Positions 1-9,643 of a stretch of 64,000 bases of DNA are shown here, piece after piece (positions within the stretch are counted from its first letter, which is position 1; the number at the start of each line of letters is the position of its first letter). This stretch comes from Candidatus Krumholzibacteriota bacterium (GTDB lineage Bacteria; Krumholzibacteriota; Krumholzibacteriia; JAJRXK01). The notes below the pieces were generated by a model. It worked only from the letters and a program-made list of their open reading frames with translations, did no database searches and had not been told where the DNA came from. A program made the position numbers and the translations under genes. Where the stretch lies: the NCBI GenBank assembly GCA_963727455.1, contig CAVSGG010000005.1, forward strand, positions 416,001 to 480,000, written 5' to 3'.

Positions 1-12
1 GGTCCCATCGAC

Positions 13-588
13 ATGATCCGAGTTTGCGCGGGACGTTTTGGCGGGCGTAGCCTCCACTTGGCCCCCGAGGTCGGGACCCGCCCCAGCAGCGCCAAGCTCA
101 AGGAAGCCGTGTTCTCTTCTCTGGGAGAGAAGGTTCGGGGAAAGCGGGTGGCGGACCTCTTCGCGGGCTCGGGGGCTCTGGGCATCGAGGCCCTGAGTCG
201 CGGGGCGGTCTCGGCGGTCTTTGTCGAACTGGACCCTCGAGCGGTGAAAGTCATTCGGCTGAATCTGGAGACTTTGGACCTGCATCCACCCGAAGCCTGT
301 GTGCGTCGAATGGACGCGTGGCACTGGCTGAAGCGATATTCCGCGGGTCCGCCAGATCGCTCCCAAAAGGTCGAGCTCGTGCTTCTGGATCCACCGTATC
401 AGGAAGGAACCCTGGGCCGCCTGTTGCCTCTCGTGAGGAGCCTGCTAGTATCGGGCGCAGTTGAGATCTGTGTCATCGAGCACCCGAGTTCGGAAGCGGA
501 TCAGCTTGCGCTTCCCACGGGGATCGTGAGCAGAACACGGAGCCACGGGAGCTCGGCGTTCAGCATCATCGAGGGGATGAATTCATGA
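13..588 (+). CDS. rsmD: 16S rRNA (guanine966-N2)-methyltransferase
   Basis: TRP motif, DLFAGSGALGIEALSRGA SAM-binding motif, DPPY motif; directly upstream of coaD as usual. Confidence 0.93.
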   Translation: MIRVCAGRFGGRSLHLAPEVGTRPSSAKLKEAVFSSLGEKVRGKRVADLFAGSGALGIEALSRGAVSAVFVELDPRAVKVIRLNLETLDLHPPEACVRRMDAWHWLKRYSAGPPDRSQKVELVLLDPPYQEGTLGRLLPLVRSLLVSGAVEICVIEHPSSEADQLALPTGIVSRTRSHGSSAFSIIEGMNS

Positions 589-1070
589 AGACCGCACTCT
601 ACCCGGGGACCTTCGATCCACTCACCCTGGGGCACGTCGATCTCTTGGAGCGCGCCAAGCGGCTCTTCGACAAGGTGATCGTGGCCATCGCTCTCTCCAC
701 CGAGAAGGAACCCATGTTTTCTCTGGAAGAGCGGGTCGAGATCGTCTCCGAACTCGTGAAAGATCGTGAAGGCGTCGAGGTCGTGCCCTTCGAGGGTCTC
801 CTCGCACACGAATTCGAACGCCAGAAGGTCGATGTCGTGGTTCGTGGAGTGCGTCTCTTTCAGGACTTCGAATACGAGTACATGATGGCGCTGATGAACC
901 GGCGTCTCTGTCCCAGCTTCGACGTCTTGTTCTTGATGCCCAGTGCGGAATTTTTGAGCGTGAGCAGTACCCTGGTGCGGGAAATTCACGTTCACGGTGG
1001 AGATATCTCGAAATTGGTTCCCGAGAGCGTTGCTCGCCGCATGGATGCCAAACGAGACAAACGCCTCTAG
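585..1070 (+). CDS. coaD: Pantetheine-phosphate adenylyltransferase
   Basis: YPGTFDPLTLGH, VRGVR, SSTLVRE motifs; ATGA overlap with rsmD. Confidence 0.97.
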   Translation: MKTALYPGTFDPLTLGHVDLLERAKRLFDKVIVAIALSTEKEPMFSLEERVEIVSELVKDREGVEVVPFEGLLAHEFERQKVDVVVRGVRLFQDFEYEYMMALMNRRLCPSFDVLFLMPSAEFLSVSSTLVREIHVHGGDISKLVPESVARRMDAKRDKRL

Positions 1071-1079
1071 GCGAAAGGG

Positions 1080-2120
1080 ATGGGTATGGGCGAGCACGCT
1101 GCGGAAATCACCAGCCGACTTGAGCAGGAAACCCATCTCTTGGCGCAACTGCGCGCGCGCGCGGCGGAGCGAGGGGCGCGGGTCGTCCTTCCCGAAGGCG
1201 AGGATGAGCGAACCGTCGCGGCGGCTTGCGTCCTGCGCGCACTGGATCTCGCGCAACCGGTGTTGGTGGGCACCTCGCGCAGAGTCAAGACTCTCCTCGG
1301 CGCGCAGGACGCCGATCCGCAGAACTTCGAAATCTTGGATCCCAAAGAGAACTCTCTTAGCACGATCGTGGCGGAGCGGTTGTTCGAAAGACGGCGCGCG
1401 CGGGGACTGAGCCAGGGGGAATCTCGCGTTCTCGCCCGCGATCCACTGCACCTGGGAGCGGGAATGGTAGCCTTGGGACAAGCGGATGCCATGGTGGCGG
1501 GCGCGGTGAATCCCACCGCCGAAGTCATCCGGGCCGGTCTCTACCATGCGGGTCTTCGTGAAGGTATCGAAGTGGTGAGCGGCTCCTTCCTCATGGTGCC
1601 CTCCAAAGGCCATTGGGTGGAGCGTCCCCTGCTCTTCGCCGACAGTGCCGTCGTGCCGCAGCCGAGTGAGGATCAACTCGTCTCCATTGGAGTCTCTTCC
1701 GTTCGGACTTACGAACGCTTGCTCTCCCGTCCGCCCCGGGTCGCCTGCCTATCCTTCAGCACGAAAGGCAGCGCCGAAGATCCGAGTGCGAACAAGATGG
1801 CGCGCGTGGCGGCTGCACTGCAGGAGCGTGGAATCTTGGCGGATGGCGAGCTCCAGCTCGATGCCGCACTGGTCCCCGAGGTGGCTCGCAAGAAATGTCC
1901 GGGGAGCGAAGTTGCAGGCAAGGCCGATGTCCTCTTGTTCCCCGATCTCAACGCGGGGAACATCGCATACAAGTTGACGCAGCGTCTGGGAGGCTTCGAA
2001 GCAATTGGTCCTTTGGTTCAGGGACTTGCGTTTCCCATCTTTGATCTCAGCCGAGGAGCGAGCGCCTCGGACATCGTGAACACGGTGTGTCTGGCCATCC
2101 TCTGTGGGGAGCGTAATTGA
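1080..2120 (+). CDS. pta: Phosphate acetyltransferase (short form)
   Basis: VVLPEGEDER, LSFSTKGS, DGELQLDAA, FPDLNAGNIAYK, DLSRG motifs. Confidence 0.93.
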   Translation: MGMGEHAAEITSRLEQETHLLAQLRARAAERGARVVLPEGEDERTVAAACVLRALDLAQPVLVGTSRRVKTLLGAQDADPQNFEILDPKENSLSTIVAERLFERRRARGLSQGESRVLARDPLHLGAGMVALGQADAMVAGAVNPTAEVIRAGLYHAGLREGIEVVSGSFLMVPSKGHWVERPLLFADSAVVPQPSEDQLVSIGVSSVRTYERLLSRPPRVACLSFSTKGSAEDPSANKMARVAAALQERGILADGELQLDAALVPEVARKKCPGSEVAGKADVLLFPDLNAGNIAYKLTQRLGGFEAIGPLVQGLAFPIFDLSRGASASDIVNTVCLAILCGERN

Positions 2121-2123
2121 ACC

Positions 2124-3308
2124 ATGAGTGAGTATCTCAGCCGTCGCGCGATCGCGGTGCGACCCAGTGTGACCTTCACCCTCAGCACTCTGGCGAAGAA
2201 ACTGAAGGCGGAGGGCAAGCCCATCCTCGACTTGAGCTTGGGGGAGCCCGACATGAACACCCCCGAACCGGTCGTGGAGGCAGCGAGGCGCGCGCTCGAC
2301 GAGGGTCACTTCCATTACACGCCCACCGCCGGCGTGCCCGCTCTCCTGGACGCCATTGCCGAGGTGTACAGCCACAGGCTGAGGCTGTCCATCGAGCCCG
2401 CGATGACCATGGCCACGCAGGGCGCGAAGCAAGCGCTCTTCAACGCGCTGGCAACGGTGACCGATCCGGGCGACACGATTGCGGTGCTGCAGCCCTACTG
2501 GGTGTCCTATGTCGAACAGGCTCATGCCCTGGGACTTCGGGTCGAGCTGGTGCCTTGTCCGGCCAAAAACGCATTCCGTCCGGACTTCGCTGCCCTCGAG
2601 CGCGTGCTTGCGCAAGGAGTGAAGCTCCTGCTGATCAACTCGCCCTGCAATCCCACGGGGGCCGCGTTCGATGCAGCGACGCTACAGACCCTCACCGAAC
2701 TCGTACTTCAGAGCGGTGCACTCCTGGTGAGTGACGAGATCTACGAAGACATCGTGTACAAGGAGTCGGGACATGTGAGCCCGCTTCACGTAGCGCCCGA
2801 ACTCTTCGATAGCTGCTGTGTCGTGACCGGACTCTCCAAGGGCTTCGCAATGACGGGATGGCGGGTTGGTTTTTCCCTCGCTCCCAAGTGGTGGACCGCG
2901 GCCATGACCAGGCTGCAGGGACATACCACCAGTCACATCGCCGCTCTCACGCAGCAGGCGGCGATCACCGCACTGCAGCGGCGGGATCTGATCGCGCCTC
3001 TGCTCGCGACTTTCGAAAGGCGTCGCGCGTTAGTGCTGGAGTTGCTCTCCGAAGTTCCCGAGGTAGAGGCTCATGAACCCGAAGGAGCGTTCTATCTCTT
3101 CCTGGACCTCTCGAAGTATCTCGGGGGCGCCGGACCTGCTCAGGACACCCTGAGCCTGTCCCAGTGGTTGTTGCAGGAGCACAATCTCGTGCTCGTGCCG
3201 GGCGATGCGTTCGGACAACCCGGCTATCTGCGGCTCAGCTTCGCGGCCAAGGAGAGCGTACTGAGGGAGTCCTTCGAGAGGTTGGAGTTCGCGCTGGCGC
3301 AGCTTTGA
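2124..3308 (+). CDS. PLP-dependent aminotransferase class I/II (aspartate aminotransferase-like)
   Basis: GEPD, NSPCNPTG, SDEIY, SKGFAMTGWRVG (PLP lysine). Confidence 0.92.
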   Translation: MSEYLSRRAIAVRPSVTFTLSTLAKKLKAEGKPILDLSLGEPDMNTPEPVVEAARRALDEGHFHYTPTAGVPALLDAIAEVYSHRLRLSIEPAMTMATQGAKQALFNALATVTDPGDTIAVLQPYWVSYVEQAHALGLRVELVPCPAKNAFRPDFAALERVLAQGVKLLLINSPCNPTGAAFDAATLQTLTELVLQSGALLVSDEIYEDIVYKESGHVSPLHVAPELFDSCCVVTGLSKGFAMTGWRVGFSLAPKWWTAAMTRLQGHTTSHIAALTQQAAITALQRRDLIAPLLATFERRRALVLELLSEVPEVEAHEPEGAFYLFLDLSKYLGGAGPAQDTLSLSQWLLQEHNLVLVPGDAFGQPGYLRLSFAAKESVLRESFERLEFALAQL

Positions 3309-3365
3309 GATTCGGTCGTATCTTTCCTCAGCCTCCCTGAGATCTCTCGTCTCCTTTGGATCAGC

Positions 3366-4352
3366 ATGCAGTTCGTCGATCAAGTGACAGTTGAAGTCGC
3401 CGCCGGAAACGGCGGTCCGGGGTGCATTTCGTTCCGCCGTGAACCCTATGTTCCGCGCGGTGGTCCCAATGGAGGAGACGGGGGTCGCGGAGGCTCCGTT
3501 ATCCTGCGCGCCGATCCCAACGTGGCCACCCTGCTCGATTTCCGCTACCGCAAGCGCTATCGCGCTCCCAAGGGAAATTCAGGAGAGGGCAACAACCGCA
3601 GCGGGGCGGCGGGTCGAGACGAGATCATCAAGGTTCCCTGCGGCACCCTGGTCTACGACGAGGAGAGCGGCGAGCTCATCGGCGATCTGGTGAACGCGGG
3701 ACAGGAACTGAAGGTGGCGGAAGGAGGATTGGGCGGGCGCGGGAATTCGCGCTTTGCCACCGCGACGAACCAGGCCCCGCGCAGGGCCGACGCGGGACGT
3801 CCGGGACAGGAACGCCGCCTGCGTCTGGAGTTGAAGCTTCTAGCCGATGTTGGACTCGTCGGTTTTCCCAATGCGGGCAAGAGCACGCTGCTCTCAGTTC
3901 TCTCCAGTGCGCGTCCGAAGATCGCGGACTATCCCTTCACGACTCTGGTTCCCAATTTGGGAATCGTGGATCTGGGGGACTATCGCTCGTGCACCCTGGC
4001 CGACATCCCCGGTCTTATCGAGGGCGCCAGCGAGGGAAAGGGTCTGGGCCACGCGTTCCTGCGTCACATCGAGCGAACCCGGCTCCTCGTGTTTCTCCTG
4101 GACCAGGGAGATGAGCCAGGGCAGCGTTATGAAAGCCTGCTGAAGGAGCTGCAGCGCTACGGCGCGCAACTTCTGAAGCTGCCCCGCATCGTCTGCCTCA
4201 GTAAGATGGATCTCGCGGACTCCGCCTGGAGGCCGCCCGCAATCCGCGGCGAGAAATTGCTCGAAATATCCTCGGTAACTGGTTTGGGAATTAATACGTT
4301 AAAGTCTCTAATAAAGCAGATGCTTTCCGCCGCCTCCCCTTCAAAGTCCTAG
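3366..4352 (+). CDS. obgE: GTPase ObgE/CgtA (no C-terminal domain)
   Basis: FVDQV...GNGG Gly-rich Obg fold, GFPNAGKST, YPFTTL, DIPGLIEGA. Confidence 0.97.
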   Translation: MQFVDQVTVEVAAGNGGPGCISFRREPYVPRGGPNGGDGGRGGSVILRADPNVATLLDFRYRKRYRAPKGNSGEGNNRSGAAGRDEIIKVPCGTLVYDEESGELIGDLVNAGQELKVAEGGLGGRGNSRFATATNQAPRRADAGRPGQERRLRLELKLLADVGLVGFPNAGKSTLLSVLSSARPKIADYPFTTLVPNLGIVDLGDYRSCTLADIPGLIEGASEGKGLGHAFLRHIERTRLLVFLLDQGDEPGQRYESLLKELQRYGAQLLKLPRIVCLSKMDLADSAWRPPAIRGEKLLEISSVTGLGINTLKSLIKQMLSAASPSKS

Positions 4353-4357
4353 AACGC

Positions 4358-5425
4358 TTGCGGGATTTCCCGCGGCGCTTCCTTGCTCTCCCGGTCAGGA
4401 ATCCGTTCGTGTTGCCACTGAGGGCATGGGTGCAGGGACTTCTTCTCCCGCCCAGCCAGTACCGGAGTTTTCTCAGCCTCATGCTGAAAGGAGAGGAGCT
4501 GCCCGACACCCTCCTGTATTTGCTGCGCACACGCGCCGGGAGTTCGGGCAGGCTGCGCTGGGCGGACGAGGTTCTGCGTTCCACCCGCCGCCACGGGGGA
4601 AGCGTTCTCGTCCCCGCGCAGAGTGAATATCCTCGAGCGCTCCTCAACCTGCATCAACCCCCGCCTGCCATCTTCGTGCGCGGAGACTTGGAACTGCTCC
4701 GGGAGGCGGTGAAGGTGGCGGTAGTGGGCGCGCGCCGGGCCTCCCCCGATGCCAAAGCGGGCGCGAGCCGCTTGGGGCGGGCTTTGGCAGCGGCCGGAGT
4801 TCCGGTGGTGAGTGGGCTGGCACGAGGAGTGGACCGTTTCGCGCACGAGGGTTGCCTCGCGGGGGAGGGACGCCCGGTGGCGGTCCTGGGTACTGGCTTC
4901 GACGAAGCCTACCCGCCGGGTCATGCCGAGCTGCAAGAAGAGGTGGCTCGAAGGGGCTGTCTGCTCAGCGAATACCCGCCGGGCACCGGCGCGCGACCCT
5001 GGCATTTCGTGGCGCGCAATCGGATCATCGCGGCCTTGGCGACACTGGTGGTCGTCGTCGCAGCCGGAAAGAAGAGTGGTGCGCTCATCACCGCCGAATT
5101 TGCGAGCGAGTTGGGGAGGGAGGTGATGGCCTTCCCCGGCTCCGCCGAAGATCCGGCTTACGAGGGCTGTCTGGCTCTGTTGAAAGATGGCGCCGGTTTG
5201 GCACGCGGGGCACCGGACGTTTTGCAGGAGCTCGGTCTCCAAGCAACGGCGCAGCAGCTCGAGATTCCTCTGGGCTTGGGCAGGCCGCTCAGCCCGGCCG
5301 AGATCGCTCGTATCCAGGGAATGGAACTCTCACGTGTTCTGGCGGAATTGGCTCAGCTCGAACTGGAGGGTCTGGTGCGTCGCGTGGGGGGCGGACGCTA
5401 CCTCGCGACGGGTCGAAGCGGTTGA
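4358..5425 (+). CDS. dprA: DNA-processing protein DprA (start uncertain)
   Basis: VVGAR, VSGLARGVD, SEYPPG, RNRIIAAL, SGALITA motifs; C-terminal winged helix (LELEGLV). Confidence 0.93.
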   Translation: MRDFPRRFLALPVRNPFVLPLRAWVQGLLLPPSQYRSFLSLMLKGEELPDTLLYLLRTRAGSSGRLRWADEVLRSTRRHGGSVLVPAQSEYPRALLNLHQPPPAIFVRGDLELLREAVKVAVVGARRASPDAKAGASRLGRALAAAGVPVVSGLARGVDRFAHEGCLAGEGRPVAVLGTGFDEAYPPGHAELQEEVARRGCLLSEYPPGTGARPWHFVARNRIIAALATLVVVVAAGKKSGALITAEFASELGREVMAFPGSAEDPAYEGCLALLKDGAGLARGAPDVLQELGLQATAQQLEIPLGLGRPLSPAEIARIQGMELSRVLAELAQLELEGLVRRVGGGRYLATGRSG

Positions 5426-5497
5426 AATTCCTAAAGCCTTGCCCAAAGGTGGAGGTGCTGCCTAGAGTCCGCACGACTCTTTGGGGACGGAAGCTAC

Positions 5498-6445
5498 ATG
5501 GCGGAACGAAAACCGACCTTCAAGCACCGACTCGAGTATGTGGGATTGTATGTGGCCTACATCTTGGGCCGAACTCTGCCTCGCCGACGTTTCATTCGCG
5601 TGGGAGAGTGGTTGGGCCGTTTTGTCTTCGACGTCTTGCGGATTCGCCGTGATGTCGCGCTCGCAAACTTGCGTTTCGTCTTCGGCGAAGAGAAGAGCGA
5701 GAAGGAACTCGTCGACCTTGCGCGCCAATCCTACGCGCAGCTGGTGGGCACCCTCTTGGAATTCGCTTCACTTTCCCGAACGAAGAGAGAGGAACTGCAG
5801 AAGATCGTCACCTTCGAGGGTCTCGAGCACCTCGAGTCCGCCGTGCGTACTCCGGGCCGCGGCGCGATTCTGGTCACTGGGCACTACGGCAATTGGGAAC
5901 TCTTCGGCGCGGCGTTCGTGGCGCGAGGCTATCCCACCACCTTTTTGGTGAAGGAACAGTCCAATCCTCTCGCCTCCAATATGCAGAACCGCCTCCGCGC
6001 CGCGGGAGGAATCGAGATCGTAAAGCAAGGGCCGCTGGTGGCCCGCGGGGTTCTGCGCGCGCTGCGGCGCGGCCACCTCGTGGGGATTCTTCCCGACCAG
6101 AATGCTGGACGGCACGGTGTCTTCGTGGACTTTCTGGGCAAGCCCGCTTCGACCTTCAAGGGCCCCGCCTTTTTCGCGTGGAAGGCCAACGTTCCGATCG
6201 TTCAGGGCTACGTCCGTCGCTTGCCCGACGGCACTCATCATGCCGTGGTCGAGCCGCCCATTTTTCCCGATCCGAATGCCAGAGAAGAGGAAGAGGTACA
6301 GCGTCTCACCCAGCTCTACACCAAAGACCTGGAGCGCTGGGTACGCGCCTATCCCGAGAACTATTACTGGGTGCATCGTCGCTGGAAAACGCAGCCCGCT
6401 TCGGAGGGCGAACCGGCAGACGCCTCCGACGAGACTGCCTCCTGA
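5498..6445 (+). CDS. Lipid A lauroyl/late acyltransferase (LpxL/HtrB family)
   Basis: HYGNWE, PDQ, YYWVHRRWK motifs. Confidence 0.9.
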   Translation: MAERKPTFKHRLEYVGLYVAYILGRTLPRRRFIRVGEWLGRFVFDVLRIRRDVALANLRFVFGEEKSEKELVDLARQSYAQLVGTLLEFASLSRTKREELQKIVTFEGLEHLESAVRTPGRGAILVTGHYGNWELFGAAFVARGYPTTFLVKEQSNPLASNMQNRLRAAGGIEIVKQGPLVARGVLRALRRGHLVGILPDQNAGRHGVFVDFLGKPASTFKGPAFFAWKANVPIVQGYVRRLPDGTHHAVVEPPIFPDPNAREEEEVQRLTQLYTKDLERWVRAYPENYYWVHRRWKTQPASEGEPADASDETAS

Positions 6446-6463
6446 ATCTCCGCCGCGGCGCGC

Positions 6464-6790
6464 TCAGGAGGAGGGTTGGTCCCTGGGCGGCACCTCGGCC
6501 GGCGCGAATCCTATCTGAGCGGGGTTTTCACCGCCGGCCATCTTGATTTCGCCGTGCTGATCCTCGTAGCGCTGCAGGTTGTCCTGCAGTAGGCGCCCCA
6601 CCGCCTTGGCGGCCTGCGGGGTCAGGATGATCCGGGAATGCACTTTCGCCTGCGGCGGACCGGGCATGAGCCGGGCGAAGTCCAGAATGAACTCGCTGGG
6701 ACTCAGATGGCAGAACGCGAGATTGGAGTAGGTGCCCTCGATCACATGGGGGTCAATGTCCACTTTGATCTGTGAGGTGGGTTTGTTCAT
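6464..6790 (-). CDS. DUF3467-like small protein
   Basis: GTYSN...SPSEFILDF...SRIILTPQAAK...L..N...YE..HGEI pattern; has its own divergent promoter candidate. Confidence 0.8.
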   Translation of the reverse strand: MNKPTSQIKVDIDPHVIEGTYSNLAFCHLSPSEFILDFARLMPGPPQAKVHSRIILTPQAAKAVGRLLQDNLQRYEDQHGEIKMAGGENPAQIGFAPAEVPPRDQPSS

Positions 6791-6820
6791 GTCGATTCTT
6801 CCTCGCGTTGGGGTGGCCGA

Positions 6821-6850
6821 ACCCTAGCGCCCCGATGGGCAAGAGGTCAA
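6821..6850 (-). promoter_or_regulatory. Putative sigma70 promoter for the DUF3467 gene
   Basis: Minus strand TTGACC-N18-TAGGGT, about 30 nt before the ATG. Confidence 0.45.
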
Positions 6851-6868
6851 GCGGGGCCGTCGGCCGCG

Positions 6869-6897
6869 TTGACAGTCGCTCGGAGGGCGCCTATCCT
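6869..6897 (+). promoter_or_regulatory. Putative sigma70 promoter for the hldE-sucCD operon
   Basis: TTGACA-N17-TATCCT. Confidence 0.65.
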
Positions 6898-6977
6898 GCG
6901 TGCGAGTTTCGCTCGGCCGCTGGGGCGCCGGGCGCTTTGGACCGGCGCTCTCTCCTTCATTCCCCTGGATTTTCGCA

Positions 6978-7979
6978 ATGCTGGACGCATCGACTCATGA
7001 GGAAGGGCTCTCCGTCCTTTCGCGTTTGAACTCCCTGCGCCTCGCCGTGGTCGGCGACTGCATGCTCGACCGCTTCGTGCGAGGTCGCGTCGACCGCATC
7101 TCACCGGAGGCGCCCGTTCCGGTGGTTCACGTGCGTCAGGAGGAGGAGCGCTTGGGAGGTGCCGCGAATGTCGCGGCCAACCTCGCAGCCCTGGGCGTAG
7201 AGACGCATCTCTTCTCGCTCCACGGAGACGATGACGCCGCCGAGCGCTTGCACGCACTGCTCGCGAAGCGCGGAATCGAGGGAAGAGGGATAGTCCGCAG
7301 TGGGTCGCGCTGCACCACTCTCAAAACGCGAATCATGGCGGGCAACCAACAGGTGGTTCGCATCGATCGAGAGACCCCGGGCAATCTGGAGGGCCCCGAT
7401 CTCGATCTCCTGCTGACGCATTTGCAAGAGGAGGGTCCCTTCAGCGCGGTGGTGGTTTCCGACTACGGAAAGGGCGTGGTGAACGAGGAGATCATGACGC
7501 TCATGCGAGATTGGCGCAAAGCGGGCAGCATTGTTGTGGTCGATCCCAAGCAGGGAAATTTCGAATTGTATCGCGGAGTGAATGCGATCACTCCCAACGA
7601 GAAGGAAGCCGCAAGCGCGTGCCACGAGCAGATCGAGGACGAAGCGGACGCGGCTCGCGTGGGAGGGATTCTGCTGCGACGCCTCGAGACCGATTTGATC
7701 CTCCTCACCCGGGGTGAGAACGGGATCTGTCTCTTGCAGGCGGGCGAAGGTGTGCACCATTTTCCTACGGTGGCCCGAGAGGTCTACGACGTCACTGGCG
7801 CTGGCGATACGGTCATCGCCGTGTTCACCGCCTTCTTGGCCGCACAGCAGAGCGCCGAACTCGCCACTCGTATGGCTAATGTCGCGGCGGGAGTGGCGGT
7901 CGCTTCCCTGGGGACCACCGTGGTCGATCCGGACGGGCTCCGTCGGGCCTGGAATCGCATCGCGGGAGCGGAAGAATGA
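6978..7979 (+). CDS. rfaE1: D-glycero-beta-D-manno-heptose-7-phosphate kinase (HldE kinase half)
   Basis: VGDCMLD, RISPEAPVPV, GGAANVA, SDYGKG, DVTGAGDTV; start taken at ATG 6978. Confidence 0.92.
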   Translation: MLDASTHEEGLSVLSRLNSLRLAVVGDCMLDRFVRGRVDRISPEAPVPVVHVRQEEERLGGAANVAANLAALGVETHLFSLHGDDDAAERLHALLAKRGIEGRGIVRSGSRCTTLKTRIMAGNQQVVRIDRETPGNLEGPDLDLLLTHLQEEGPFSAVVVSDYGKGVVNEEIMTLMRDWRKAGSIVVVDPKQGNFELYRGVNAITPNEKEAASACHEQIEDEADAARVGGILLRRLETDLILLTRGENGICLLQAGEGVHHFPTVAREVYDVTGAGDTVIAVFTAFLAAQQSAELATRMANVAAGVAVASLGTTVVDPDGLRRAWNRIAGAEE

Positions 7980-8506
7980 GTCCCGAGGAGATCCTGCGTC
8001 CCACCGAACTCGCGCCATTCCTGGAACCAGGCGAGTTGGGCGAATGGGCCGATGCCGAGCGGCGCAAGGGCCATTCGATCGTTTTCACGAACGGTTGTTT
8101 CGATCTCTTGCACCCGGGCCACGTCTCATCCCTCATCGAAGCGAGGGCCCTGGGAGACGCGCTCTTGGTGGCGCTCAACGACGATGCGAGCGTGCGCTCC
8201 TTGAAAGGCGAAGGTCGGCCATTCTACGAGGAAGCGGTTCGCGCGCTTCTGCTCCGTGCCTTGCGCGCGGTTTCGGCGGTAACTATTTTCGCGGCCACGA
8301 CTTCGCTCCCCACCATTCTCACGGTGCGGCCGGACATTCTCGCCAAGGGCGGCGAGTATGAGGAAGACGAAATCGTGGGAAGTCACGAGGTGAAGAGCTG
8401 GGGTGGGAGAGTCGTCCGGCTCTCCATGGTTTCGGGTCTTTCGACCACGCAGATTCTGGCTCGCATGCGCGGGGAGATCCCCCGCGGAAAGAAGGAAGAG
8501 CTTTGA
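7976..8506 (+). CDS. rfaE2: D-glycero-beta-D-manno-heptose 1-phosphate adenylyltransferase (HldE transferase half)
   Basis: FTNGCFDLLHPGH, LKGEGRP, KGGEY, STTQI. Confidence 0.92.
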   Translation: MSPEEILRPTELAPFLEPGELGEWADAERRKGHSIVFTNGCFDLLHPGHVSSLIEARALGDALLVALNDDASVRSLKGEGRPFYEEAVRALLLRALRAVSAVTIFAATTSLPTILTVRPDILAKGGEYEEDEIVGSHEVKSWGGRVVRLSMVSGLSTTQILARMRGEIPRGKKEEL

Positions 8507-9642
8507 AGGTTCACGAATATCAGGCGAAGGACATTTTCGTGGAACACGGACTGCCCGTGCCCAAGGGAAAAGTCGCTACCAGCGTCGAAGAGGCCGAGTC
8601 CATTGCCAAGGAAATCGGTGGAGCGGTAATGGTGAAGGCCCAGGTACACGTGGGAGGTCGAGGCAAGGCGGGTGGGGTGAAGTACGCGAAGGATGCGGCG
8701 GAGGCCAAAGAACATGCAGCCGCGATCCTCGGAATGGACATCAAGGGTCTCATCGTACAGAAGATCTTGATCACCGAGGCAGTCGATATCGACGAAGAGT
8801 ACTACGTCGGACTCCTGATGGATCGCGCGAACAAGCGGCCCATGTTCATCGTTTCCGCGGCCGGCGGAGTGGATATCGAGGAAGTCGCGGTCACCGCTCC
8901 GGAGAAGATCCACACTCTCGTCGTCGATCCTCGCTACGGCGCGCAGGCCTATCAAGTTCGTGACCTTGCCTTTCGGGTGACCAAGGATCCCATCGTGGTG
9001 AAGGGGATGACCAAGGCCCTCTTGACTCTCTACAAGGTCTATAAGGACAGCGACGCTTCCCTGGTCGAGATCAACCCCTTCGTCAAGAGCAAGGACGGCG
9101 CCGTGTGGGCGGTAGACGCCAAGCTGAACATCGACGACAGCGCGCTCTACCGTCAGAAGCGCATTGCGGCCATGCGCGACCTCGCCGAGGAGGACCGCAG
9201 CGAGGTCGAGGCGAAGGAGGCTGGACTCAGCTTCGTGAAATTGGAAGGAAACGTCGGATGCCTGGTCAACGGGGCGGGGCTCGCCATGGCGACGATGGAC
9301 CTCGTGAAGTACTTCGGAGGGCAACCGGCGAACTTCCTCGACATCGGTGGGTCTTCCAATCCTGAAAAAGTCGTCACCGCGATGAAGATCATCCTCCGCG
9401 ACGAAAACGTGAAGGCCATCCTCTTCAACATCTTCGGAGGCATCACGCGCTGCGACGACGTGGCGGCGGGACTTCTGCAGGCAGTCGAAATCATGGACGT
9501 ACCGGTGCCCATCGTGGTGCGGCTGACCGGCACCAACGAAAAGAAGGCGAGGGAGATGCTGAAAGGCAGCAAATTGCATCCCGCCGAGACCATGGACGAA
9601 GCGGTCCAGCTGGCGCTTCAATTGGCAGGGGAGGGCAAGTAG
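8503..9642 (+). CDS. sucC: Succinyl-CoA ligase beta subunit
   Basis: [41 protein letters not shown]; TTG start. Confidence 0.97.
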   Translation: MKVHEYQAKDIFVEHGLPVPKGKVATSVEEAESIAKEIGGAVMVKAQVHVGGRGKAGGVKYAKDAAEAKEHAAAILGMDIKGLIVQKILITEAVDIDEEYYVGLLMDRANKRPMFIVSAAGGVDIEEVAVTAPEKIHTLVVDPRYGAQAYQVRDLAFRVTKDPIVVKGMTKALLTLYKVYKDSDASLVEINPFVKSKDGAVWAVDAKLNIDDSALYRQKRIAAMRDLAEEDRSEVEAKEAGLSFVKLEGNVGCLVNGAGLAMATMDLVKYFGGQPANFLDIGGSSNPEKVVTAMKIILRDENVKAILFNIFGGITRCDDVAAGLLQAVEIMDVPVPIVVRLTGTNEKKAREMLKGSKLHPAETMDEAVQLALQLAGEGK

Positions 9643-9643
9643 C

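Noticed and set aside
4277-4304. Possible dif site (ATACGTTAAAG resembles the XerD arm TTATGTTAAAT)
   Set aside because: No credible XerC arm, and it lies inside obgE coding sequence
4370-4388. CGGCGCTTCCTTGCT as a sigma54 promoter for dprA
   Set aside because: GG-to-GC spacing is 9 nt rather than the required 10
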